Assembly (NCBI GenBank): GCA_963811105.1
Contig: CAWEPZ010000011.1
Coordinates: 736,001 to 800,000, forward strand
Reading direction: 5' to 3'
DNA from: Candidatus Bathyarchaeota archaeon
GTDB lineage: Archaea > Thermoproteota > Bathyarchaeia > Bathyarchaeales > Bathycorpusculaceae
Length of the DNA: 64,000 bases
The translations under genes and the position numbers were made by a program. Below the pieces are notes generated by a model. The model saw only the letters and a list, made by a program, of their open reading frames with translations. It was not told where the DNA came from and did not search any database. Positions 29,667 through 38,424 of this stretch are shown here, piece by piece. Numbering within the stretch: the stretch's first letter is position 1; each line of letters opens with the position of its first letter.

Positions 29667-30905
29667 TTAAGCTGCATCTTGCTGGTTTTGTTTATTTTCT
29701 AACCAATTTCTAGATTTCATCATAGTTTTTCCTGCAAACTTTATCGACAATGCATCCTCATAAGGGCAAATTTCTACACACCTTGCACATAGAATACACC
29801 GGGATTCCGTTACGTCGCCACCTTTTTTATCAAAAACGTCGGTGGCTTGGGTGGGGCAAACACGTTTGCATACGCCACATTTTGTGCATTTATGTTCGTT
29901 CTTGATTAAGCGGGTCAAGGCGATTTGTTTGAAGGGTGTGAAAGTGCTGAATAGACCTGTCAATGCGCCCAGTGGGCAGATTCTGCACCAGAACCGCCTG
30001 TATGCCAACGCTAAGATGGTAACTGCGATGAGGACTGCAATATTTATAGATGTCAGATAAAAGCCCGAAATCCAGAAAGGACCGTAGACTATTTGCGAGA
30101 TGTATGAATAATGTATTGAGCCAATCGCGGCTTCTATTGCTATGCAGAGTGGCCTCATGGGGCAAACAAGGCAAAATGGTTCGTTTATGTTGCTTACGAT
30201 GCCCGCTTCCGCTCCTTGAGGGCCACCGGCTATGGTTCCAGGGATAAGTTCAGCGCCAAAAATTGCGTAGGAAGCAAAAAGTACGCTTAAAATTAAAAAT
30301 GTAGCAATAATGATGTAGCGTGATTGCCCAAGTGCTGTGTTTGTTTTTTCGGAGAAAGTTAGGTGTCGTCTCCTTACCACTTTGCGAATTCTTGTTAGAA
30401 CATCCTGGTACAAACCGAAGGGACAGAGCCAACCACAGAAAAACCGCCCTAAAATGATGGACGCTACGATTACTAGGCCTAGGACTATACCTATTTTTTC
30501 TAGTCCTGAGGTAGAGTAGAGGACTTCGTAGCCTCTTGGGTAATTCCAAAGGGGAAAAATGTAGGCTTGGAGCTGCCAGATTGGGCAGGTAACGGTTCGT
30601 CCGTTAGGATAGTAGCAGGCTAGAACAGGAAAGGAGATGCCGTCTGGAAACTGGTTGCCAAGTAGGTTAGCACCGACTAGGTGGTCTCGTGGTGAAGGTC
30701 CTAAGGGCAAAAATGCGGGTAGGTTGAAGGGACCAATTATTATCCCCATGAATATGGCGACGACTGCTGCTATTTGAATGAAAAGGCGTAAAGAACTAAC
30801 TTTTCTTGTTCGGTCTTTAGATAGTCTATAGATAAGAAGAATACCTATGGCTAATAGTATGACGTAAACAGGCAGCACTATGTTTATTGGAGTTTCCGTC
30901 ACCAT
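29667..30905 (-). CDS. NapH/MauN-type membrane 4Fe-4S protein
   Basis: FFCGWLCPFG, WCRICPLG, two CxxCxxCxxxCP motifs, several TMs. Confidence 0.9.
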   Translation of the reverse strand: MVTETPINIVLPVYVILLAIGILLIYRLSKDRTRKVSSLRLFIQIAAVVAIFMGIIIGPFNLPAFLPLGPSPRDHLVGANLLGNQFPDGISFPVLACYYPNGRTVTCPIWQLQAYIFPLWNYPRGYEVLYSTSGLEKIGIVLGLVIVASIILGRFFCGWLCPFGLYQDVLTRIRKVVRRRHLTFSEKTNTALGQSRYIIIATFLILSVLFASYAIFGAELIPGTIAGGPQGAEAGIVSNINEPFCLVCPMRPLCIAIEAAIGSIHYSYISQIVYGPFWISGFYLTSINIAVLIAVTILALAYRRFWCRICPLGALTGLFSTFTPFKQIALTRLIKNEHKCTKCGVCKRVCPTQATDVFDKKGGDVTESRCILCARCVEICPYEDALSIKFAGKTMMKSRNWLENKQNQQDAA

Positions 30906-30907
30906 TG

Positions 30908-31630
30908 CTAAGCCGCACCTCCGTTTTTAGGAATATGTATGAGCTCGCTCAATTTATTCCGCCATACAATAACGGTTGCGATCATGACTGTTAGAACAAC
31001 TGCAATTGCTACCGAAATGGCCACTGAATGCTGTAGGTAAAAGGGCAAATTTGTGTCCAAAGCCCCGCTAAAAAAATAATGTGTAATGGTCAAATTGCCG
31101 GTCAATTTATACACCGTTATGGTGCCATCGTTTCCCATATTCCAGTCGTGCCCTTGAGCCGGGAACAGGGTGGAGTTTGTTTGGCGTTTCGTTACGGACC
31201 AATCCCCGCCATTCCAAATTCCTTCTTCTGAAAGCCCAAGGTTCACCATCAGCTTACCTTCCCCCTCAATTCTGTAGCTTAATGTTTCACTTGGAAGTGT
31301 TCCATTTCGAGTTCGGTATGAAGTAACTGTCACGTTAGAGTTTTCTGCTGAGATTTTTAGTGTTGCAAGCGGCACTGATCCGTTAAGCCGCAAATCCGTA
31401 AAAACCCAAACACTATTTTGCAAAGTTGCAGTGTCGTATGAGCCGTTTCCGCCAAAACTGATTGTGCAATTATTCGCTGGAATGCTAAATCTATCCGGAC
31501 CGGTGAAATTTACGCGTTCTTGTGCCTGAGCGCTTGGAAAAATAAGTGAAGCAAGAAAGACGGCGGCTATTAGGGAAATTACAATAGAAAACTTGCTACG
31601 ACTGCTTCCTATCCCCCAACTCGGTGCCAT
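30908..31630 (-). CDS. secreted, C-terminally anchored hypothetical protein
   Basis: Signal peptide ending AQA-Q; C-terminal TM; tightly coupled to the NapH-like gene. Confidence 0.8.
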   Translation of the reverse strand: MAPSWGIGSSRSKFSIVISLIAAVFLASLIFPSAQAQERVNFTGPDRFSIPANNCTISFGGNGSYDTATLQNSVWVFTDLRLNGSVPLATLKISAENSNVTVTSYRTRNGTLPSETLSYRIEGEGKLMVNLGLSEEGIWNGGDWSVTKRQTNSTLFPAQGHDWNMGNDGTITVYKLTGNLTITHYFFSGALDTNLPFYLQHSVAISVAIAVVLTVMIATVIVWRNKLSELIHIPKNGGAA

Positions 31631-31729
31631 GATAATTTGTTGCTAACGTTTGGTTATAAGGCTTTTCAGCGTTACCCAACTAGTTATTTACAAATGAGTT
31701 AAAATCTAGAGCATAAAAATGAGAAAACA

Positions 31730-32265
31730 ATGAAAGCAGTGAATATTGACGAGTTAAAATCACTCCCGAAAGATGTAGTCGCTATATCAGCCAAACACCT
31801 TTCTGCCGGCGATATCGATTTTCTTGTTCAAACCTTAACTGAAAAAGATGACTCAACCAGATATAACGCATTTTTACTTTTGCAAGCCAATTCAGCAGAG
31901 TTTCCTTTTGTCTATAGATATTGGAAGGAACTGGTATTAAAAAATGGGAAAGTGCAAACTCTTGTCAACGAAGTTTAGATTTTATGTATATTCCCCAAAA
32001 CGTAAGATGGAATAAAGAAGGCAAGTTCAACGCAACCATCAACAAACATTTAGCCTGCCGCACGGATGAAAAGTTTATCACTGCTAGACAAGCCTTTCAA
32101 CGTCTTGCAAACATTCTAAATGTAACCAACCAATATGACGACAAAATAGAAAAGCATCTCACAAATCTGCCACTTGAGCAATACAAGGAAAAACAGCAAA
32201 AAATCCTCAAAAAGGACATATTGAATGTTCTGAAAATTATGGAAAAACGCCATAGAAAAATTTAG
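31730..32265 (+). pseudogene. HEAT-repeat-like protein split by a frameshift
   Basis: Overlapping ORFs 31730-31978 and 31921-32265 join at an A6 run (~31939-31944). Confidence 0.65.
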
Positions 32266-32343
32266 CTTCCTTTAATTTGAAAATTCTAGAAAACTCTGGC
32301 TTAATCGCTTTGCATATAAATTAGAAATGCACTTGAGATTACG

Positions 32344-33225
32344 ATGAAGAAATCAATAATCATAGTCGCCGTTATTGTTGCCGCAATTATTTTGAGCGTT
32401 TCAGTCCTCGCTTTTATTAACATCAATAAGACGCAAGGCAACTCAACACCTACGCCAACTCCAACACCCACACCAACAGCAGAACCCACTCTGACACCCA
32501 TTGTCTTCCCAACGCCAACTCTCATACCAACGGTCACTGATTATTCCTTTAGCATAGTTAATACGTATCCGCATGACGATAACGCCTTCACTGAAGGTCT
32601 TGTTTACTCTAACGGTTCTCTTTATGAGAGCACTGGACTTAATGGTGAATCATCTTTGCGCCGAGTTGACTTAACCACAGGTAATGTATTGCAGGAGATA
32701 TTGTTGCCAGGAGAGTATTTTGGGGAAGGCATAACGGTCATCAATAACACGATTATTCAGTTAACTTGGCAGTCCAACATAGGCTTCATCTATGATAAAA
32801 ATACATTTGCCACTTTGGGGAACTTCACTTATCCCACAGAAGGTTGGGGTTTAACGTATGATGGCAGACAATTAATCATGAGTGACGGCACAGACAAACT
32901 ATACTTTCTAAATCCAACAACTTTCCAACAGACGGGACAAGTTGCGGTACATTACGGAACCACATCTATAGTAAAAATTAACGAGTTGGAGTACATCAAC
33001 GGTTATGTCTACGCTAACATTTGGCAAACAAACAGAATAGCTATAATTAATCCTGTGACAGGAGAAGTTAAAGCTTGGATAAACCTTGCAGAATTACCTG
33101 CGCCTGCACCTGACGGCAACAACGTTCCAAATGGCATAGCTTATGACCAAAATAACAACAGGATTTTTGTTACAGGCAAAGACTGGCCAAACTTGTACCA
33201 AACAGAACTTGTACCTGAAGATTAA
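32344..33225 (+). CDS. glutaminyl-peptide cyclotransferase (type I, beta-propeller), membrane-anchored
   Basis: YPHD..AFTEGL, ESTG, FGEG, QLTW, EGWG, NELE, ANIW, NGIA, VTGK.W; N-terminal TM plus a PT linker. Confidence 0.92.
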   Translation: MKKSIIIVAVIVAAIILSVSVLAFININKTQGNSTPTPTPTPTPTAEPTLTPIVFPTPTLIPTVTDYSFSIVNTYPHDDNAFTEGLVYSNGSLYESTGLNGESSLRRVDLTTGNVLQEILLPGEYFGEGITVINNTIIQLTWQSNIGFIYDKNTFATLGNFTYPTEGWGLTYDGRQLIMSDGTDKLYFLNPTTFQQTGQVAVHYGTTSIVKINELEYINGYVYANIWQTNRIAIINPVTGEVKAWINLAELPAPAPDGNNVPNGIAYDQNNNRIFVTGKDWPNLYQTELVPED

Positions 33226-33663
33226 ACTGGTTGCAACTCATTAATTTTGGGATAAATGATAATACAGAATTACCAATGGAACCACAACAGCATAAGAAAC
33301 CAATGTTCCTAAACAACCATTAAAAATTGAATAATAAGCCGAAATAAAACTTGGAAAAATATTGCTATAATAACAGAAATAAGCCAAGGACTTGGTTGTT
33401 GCTGTACGAGATCCATCCTCTGATTCCAAGTCGAACATGTTCTCTTAACTATTGGCCATTTGATTGTAGTGAATCCATACTGTGCATCCATATGTAGTTC
33501 CACCCCATCATTGTTATTTTATTTATCGTGAACGTACCTTTTATAACAGAAATTGAAACTTCAATTCTAACTTCGACAGATAAATCGGATAGACTATCTC
33601 TCGTCTAATTTTGCTTCTTAAACCAAATTCACATAAAATAAAGAAGTAGAAGAGTGTGGATTT

Positions 33664-35148
33664 TCAAGCATTATTCTTTGTTCGTTTCTTTAGCATGATA
33701 ACAATTGTAAGACTAACAACCACTATGATTATTGACAATATTACTAATGCTTGAAACTCTGGCACGTTAGGTGTAGCTGTGGGAGATGAGGATGTACTAG
33801 GTGAATTGGATGGGCTGTTTGTGGGGTTTGTTGATGGCGAAGACGTCGAGGTAGGTGAAGTTGTCTGAGTGTTGGTAGGTTCAGGTGTTGGAGTAGGAGT
33901 GGCTGCGAGCGGGTTTAAGGTCATGACAACATTATGGTTGCTGTGATGATAAACAAAGATTACTAACCATACGTTGCCACTTGATAGATAAGTGGTATCG
34001 ACTGTTGAGCCGTCTAACGTTACTTTCAGTACTGTGGGATCGGGTAAACTCGATTTTGGAATACAAACTTGGACAAATCCCATTGTTCCATCTGGACCTG
34101 AAACACCGAAGGTCAGCTGGGTTGTTACTGCATTGTAACTAAAGCTGGTTACTGTTGAGTTTGAAGCTACCGTAAATAGCGTTTGGCTTTGGCTGTCTGG
34201 TGGTGCAATCACAAAATTGACTCTATTAATTACGCTCGGGTAAAAGTTGTTGCCAAACCAGACTGCCTGAATAATGTAATTGCCCGAAGCTGAAGGCATC
34301 CAGAACGCAGAGAAGTTGCCTTCGTCGCCAGTATACAAATAAGCTAATGGTTGCCAGCTCGATCCTCCTGTTATGCTGTAAGAAAGCTGTATTGCCTGGT
34401 ATGGCATGGCGACTGCATTAGCTGATCCGTTAATTACTAATGACCCATCGATCCTGACATTAAATCCGCTTAAACTTGTTGAACTTGTGCAGTAGAATTG
34501 CAAAACCGGTCGACTATTATTGGTTATAGGTATTATGTTGGGTAATGGAATCGGAGTTGGTCCCGTAGGAAGAGTTGAATTGCCTGAACCACTACTGAAA
34601 AATGCGTTAAGTTGATGATCCATAGTCATATTTACTCTGGCTGTTGTTCCCGCGCCTATGTATGTTCCGTCAAGATACCAACCGCTGAAGGTATAACCGC
34701 TGTTGGGATTTTCTTGAACATTCACCAAGTCGCCAAACGTGTAATTTGCAACTCCAGCTCCAGGGGCGGTGGTTCCACCAATTGCTGGATTGACAGCAAT
34801 TGTAAGATCAACAACCCGTCTACTAAATGAGGCTAATATGGTGCAGTCTTGCAACATTGTTGCTTGAATACTTGTTTGGTTGCCTTGGTATATTCCGTTT
34901 ACGTACCAGCCATCAAATGCGAATCCTAAATTTGGTTCCTCAGTTGCAGTTACAATCTGACCATAATAGCATGGACCTGAACCCGGTGTGATTCTTCCTG
35001 CCCCTGCAACATTGATAGACATTGTTAGGCTGACAAATGAATATCCGCCATAATTCTGGGCGGATACAACCGAGATTGAAGGTAAAACCAACACCGATAA
35101 AGTGAGGATTATTACTAAGGAGGCAATCTTGCTGGAAGTTATTATCAT
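33664..35148 (-). CDS. surface protein with InlB B-repeat-like domains and a PEF-CTERM-like sorting signal
   Basis: Two PN.G(F/Y).F.GWY repeats, Ser/Thr/Pro linker, VPEF-TM-KKRTK. Confidence 0.82.
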   Translation of the reverse strand: MIITSSKIASLVIILTLSVLVLPSISVVSAQNYGGYSFVSLTMSINVAGAGRITPGSGPCYYGQIVTATEEPNLGFAFDGWYVNGIYQGNQTSIQATMLQDCTILASFSRRVVDLTIAVNPAIGGTTAPGAGVANYTFGDLVNVQENPNSGYTFSGWYLDGTYIGAGTTARVNMTMDHQLNAFFSSGSGNSTLPTGPTPIPLPNIIPITNNSRPVLQFYCTSSTSLSGFNVRIDGSLVINGSANAVAMPYQAIQLSYSITGGSSWQPLAYLYTGDEGNFSAFWMPSASGNYIIQAVWFGNNFYPSVINRVNFVIAPPDSQSQTLFTVASNSTVTSFSYNAVTTQLTFGVSGPDGTMGFVQVCIPKSSLPDPTVLKVTLDGSTVDTTYLSSGNVWLVIFVYHHSNHNVVMTLNPLAATPTPTPEPTNTQTTSPTSTSSPSTNPTNSPSNSPSTSSSPTATPNVPEFQALVILSIIIVVVSLTIVIMLKKRTKNNA

Positions 35149-35332
35149 GACTATTCCTATTCAATACATAGTTTAAGACTGATATAAGCTTTTCAGTGCT
35201 TGCCTGATGGCTATCTGTTCACGTGAGCCAGCGTTAGACATGCTTTATAGTAGATGTTATATTAGCAGAACGTAATGAAAGCACTAGACTATAGCATATG
35301 GGTGTAATATGCGTACTTGACGGCGCCAGACC

Positions 35333-37585
35333 ATGGAGAAAATAAGCAAAGAATTGTTGCTAATAGGAATAGGAACAGTCGCCTTTTTCTATAGGTTTGC
35401 GCTTATGACAATGAATGTCTTTCCACCAGGCAGCGATATAGGATTACACGAAAGTGTGATAAAGACAATCACTTCAGCCCCAACAAACTTCTTCTGGAAC
35501 AATTATCACATGGGCGGCGGGTTATCAGTAACTAATCCAGGCTACCACATATTTGCCGCATTCATAACAACAATGACAACACTGCCCGATTATGTCGCAC
35601 AGGCTATGGTGGCTTCTTTGTTTTCGGCACTCATAGTTTTAAGCGCATTCTTAATTACAAGGCATGTTTGGAGTGAAACTGCAGCTTTTGTTGTTGCCGT
35701 TTTAACGATTTTTTCTGTGGGCGACATTTACATGTTAAGCTGGGGTGGGTACCCAAACATAATAGCGCTCATGTTAATACCAATCGTTTTTTACCTGTTT
35801 TTGCAGCCCTCAAAACTGTCTTCCAAAAGCGTTCTTGCAGTTGCGTCAATTCTTGTCAGCGCCTTATTCTTGACGCATGTCTTTAGCGCACTCATCTTCT
35901 TAGTAACAACAATATTTGCACTCCTTGTTTGCACGTTTTTTTGGAAAAAAACGGGTTTATCAAAGAAACAAGTGGTTTATTGGTTGATACCACTGGCTTT
36001 GGGTGCTTTGCTGGTTTCACCTTATCTCTTCAATATTATCCCTGTATATTTCAGTTCGGAAGGCACTATAACGGGTGCTGTTTCAGCAACAAACCAAGCC
36101 GTCCTTCAGACAAGGCTGATACCGTTAGAAATTATAGGCTTGAGTCTGATCGGATTTTTCCTTTTCTTTGTAGTTTCCAAACTTAAAACAGGTAAATTCA
36201 TGTCGGTTCCCACTATTCTCTTTGCGTCATGGATGCTTGTTCCAGCATTGGCAACTCAGAGCTACCTGTTTGGCTTGTATTTGGATTATGATCGTTTTCT
36301 GTATTTCTTGGCTGTTCCCGCTATTGTTTGCATTGGATTGATAATAACAAGTTTGCCAAATGCCCTCTATCGTGCCACACAGATTCTTCAGCGCTCAGGC
36401 AAACTGAGAATCAAGTTAGCTGCGGTGCAGGTGTCCAAAAGAGCTGCAACTACAATCTTGGTAGTAGTTTTGATTGTTGGTGTATTATTTACTCCTCTTT
36501 TCTCTTTGCCAACCACAGGGATTTCTCAAGCAAACTATTTCCAAGTTATGAATCCTTCAGAATACAAGGCGATCCAATGGGTAAAAACGAATACCCCACC
36601 TGGTTCAGTTTGTGTTGCTGACGCGGAGTTTGGCTGGTGGCTATCAGGATTTGCTCAACGACCAACATTAAGTGCAGTTTCCCCACAGTATTTGATTTTG
36701 AATCATGAGGTTGCTCCTGCTGCGATTGCTACCAATCTTTTAACTGCTGATTATCTGGTGGATAACGGGCTCATACAAATCAAACAGGAAGGATCTTTTG
36801 CAAACGGTAACAATCATGAGATTTTAGGGATTTTTAATGATTCATACCTTCATCCGCCCGTTTTTTCGCTGAATGACACGCAAATCAGTATGCTTTACAG
36901 AGAAAATGGTTCACCGCAACAGTTTAGCATGACAGAGTTAAATCAAACAAGCACAAAAATACAAAGCAATCAGAATCAAGCCTCCTTTGAGATTTCCCGC
37001 GAGAACCAGATTTTTAGAATTACTGAAGAAATAACGATCTCTAGAGGCGTTAGCTTCGCCCAAGTGTCGTTTATTCTGCAGAATAAAACTGACAACGTAA
37101 ATTTTGATTGGCTGCACTTACCTTTTCAATCAAGAGGTTTGGCCATACAGTACGATAACAGCATAGGTTTTGCTGACACCATGTTGCATCAGATGAACCA
37201 AATGATCTTTCCTTACTCTACGCTTGGCAACGACGTTATATTACAGCAAAACCCTGATTCCTACGAGCTAATCTACAGCTTGTATGGCAACCCATCGGTT
37301 AAGACAAGTTTCTTTGTAGGAACTAGCCAGTTTAGCTCTAATTTAGATGCTACACACGTTAATGCGCTAAATAGTTTAATAGAAACCAACTCAAGAAACT
37401 ACCTCCACAAAATCTCTGACCAACCATTGAACTCTTTTGATTACCAAACGGCCATACAACAATGGAACATATCGTACATTGCCCTTCGAGATTTTGTCAA
37501 GATTTCAAGGTTCACTAATGACCCCATGTTTATGCTTGTCTTCAAAAACGACCAAATGGCTATATTCAAAATTGTGAAGCCTTAG
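35333..37585 (+). CDS. GT-C-like multi-TM glycosyltransferase
   Basis: GSDIGLH in the first loop, ~12 TMs, STT3-like WVKTNTP...EFGWW but no WWDYG. Confidence 0.65.
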   Translation: MEKISKELLLIGIGTVAFFYRFALMTMNVFPPGSDIGLHESVIKTITSAPTNFFWNNYHMGGGLSVTNPGYHIFAAFITTMTTLPDYVAQAMVASLFSALIVLSAFLITRHVWSETAAFVVAVLTIFSVGDIYMLSWGGYPNIIALMLIPIVFYLFLQPSKLSSKSVLAVASILVSALFLTHVFSALIFLVTTIFALLVCTFFWKKTGLSKKQVVYWLIPLALGALLVSPYLFNIIPVYFSSEGTITGAVSATNQAVLQTRLIPLEIIGLSLIGFFLFFVVSKLKTGKFMSVPTILFASWMLVPALATQSYLFGLYLDYDRFLYFLAVPAIVCIGLIITSLPNALYRATQILQRSGKLRIKLAAVQVSKRAATTILVVVLIVGVLFTPLFSLPTTGISQANYFQVMNPSEYKAIQWVKTNTPPGSVCVADAEFGWWLSGFAQRPTLSAVSPQYLILNHEVAPAAIATNLLTADYLVDNGLIQIKQEGSFANGNNHEILGIFNDSYLHPPVFSLNDTQISMLYRENGSPQQFSMTELNQTSTKIQSNQNQASFEISRENQIFRITEEITISRGVSFAQVSFILQNKTDNVNFDWLHLPFQSRGLAIQYDNSIGFADTMLHQMNQMIFPYSTLGNDVILQQNPDSYELIYSLYGNPSVKTSFFVGTSQFSSNLDATHVNALNSLIETNSRNYLHKISDQPLNSFDYQTAIQQWNISYIALRDFVKISRFTNDPMFMLVFKNDQMAIFKIVKP

Positions 37586-37770
37586 TCTCTTCACATATTT
37601 TCTCCTTATGGATTTTTTTTCGGTCTCATCATTTGATTAAAAAACTTTACTTTTTTTATTCGTCTGTTAATTTATCTAGATAATGAGAACAAAATATACA
37701 TCGGTTGTTTTGAGTTTAAAATTATATATAATAGTTGTAATAGTGTCATGAAAGCACATTCACCATTAAT

Positions 37771-38217
37771 GTGGGGGACAAGAATTTGGATGAAATATTA
37801 GAAATGTTAGATAAAACCGCCAAGCGAATACAGAAAATAGTGGATGAAACAAAAGAAGCCACATGGAAACAAACAGCCCTTTACGAGCAGATTACCCAAT
37901 CACCAGAAGTTTCTCAGGAGCAAAAAATTAAAGCTTTCATAAAGAAAACTCGTTATTTAGATCAGCTTGAAGGCTTAAACTCTCAACTCAGCCTGCTTTA
38001 TATGTTGCAGATTTTTGCGTTCAAAGTTAAAGTCCTTGAAGTTACCGTAGACAACATAAACGATCAGCTAGAGAAATCAGGCGTTCTCACCAAAACCGCA
38101 GAAATAGAAAGCATAAAAACAAACATTGACTCGCTAAAAATCCTAATTGAAGCTCAGTTTGAATCAATGAAAGAAATTCATGACACACAAAACAAAACTT
38201 TAGATTACATCCATTAG
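37771..38217 (+). CDS. coiled-coil hypothetical protein
   Basis: 148-aa helical ORF. Confidence 0.75.
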   Translation: MGDKNLDEILEMLDKTAKRIQKIVDETKEATWKQTALYEQITQSPEVSQEQKIKAFIKKTRYLDQLEGLNSQLSLLYMLQIFAFKVKVLEVTVDNINDQLEKSGVLTKTAEIESIKTNIDSLKILIEAQFESMKEIHDTQNKTLDYIH

Positions 38218-38424
38218 ATATCAAGACCTTTGCAAAAGTTTGTTTCTTCTTACTTTAAATAAGTTTTCGATTTTTACCTATTTTGGTTAGAAACATAAAC
38301 AGTGTAAAAGAGAAAAAGCAAGCGCTAAGAATTCTAACTATTATCTACGCAAGCTTTTTAGGTCAAATTCCACCTTAACCGCAAGTCCAATTATTAAGAA
38401 ATTAAATTGGTTTAGGTACTTCCT

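Noticed and set aside
32445-32535. CCAACN tandem repeats (also ~33780-33900)
   Set aside because: They encode ordinary Pro/Thr/Ser linkers.
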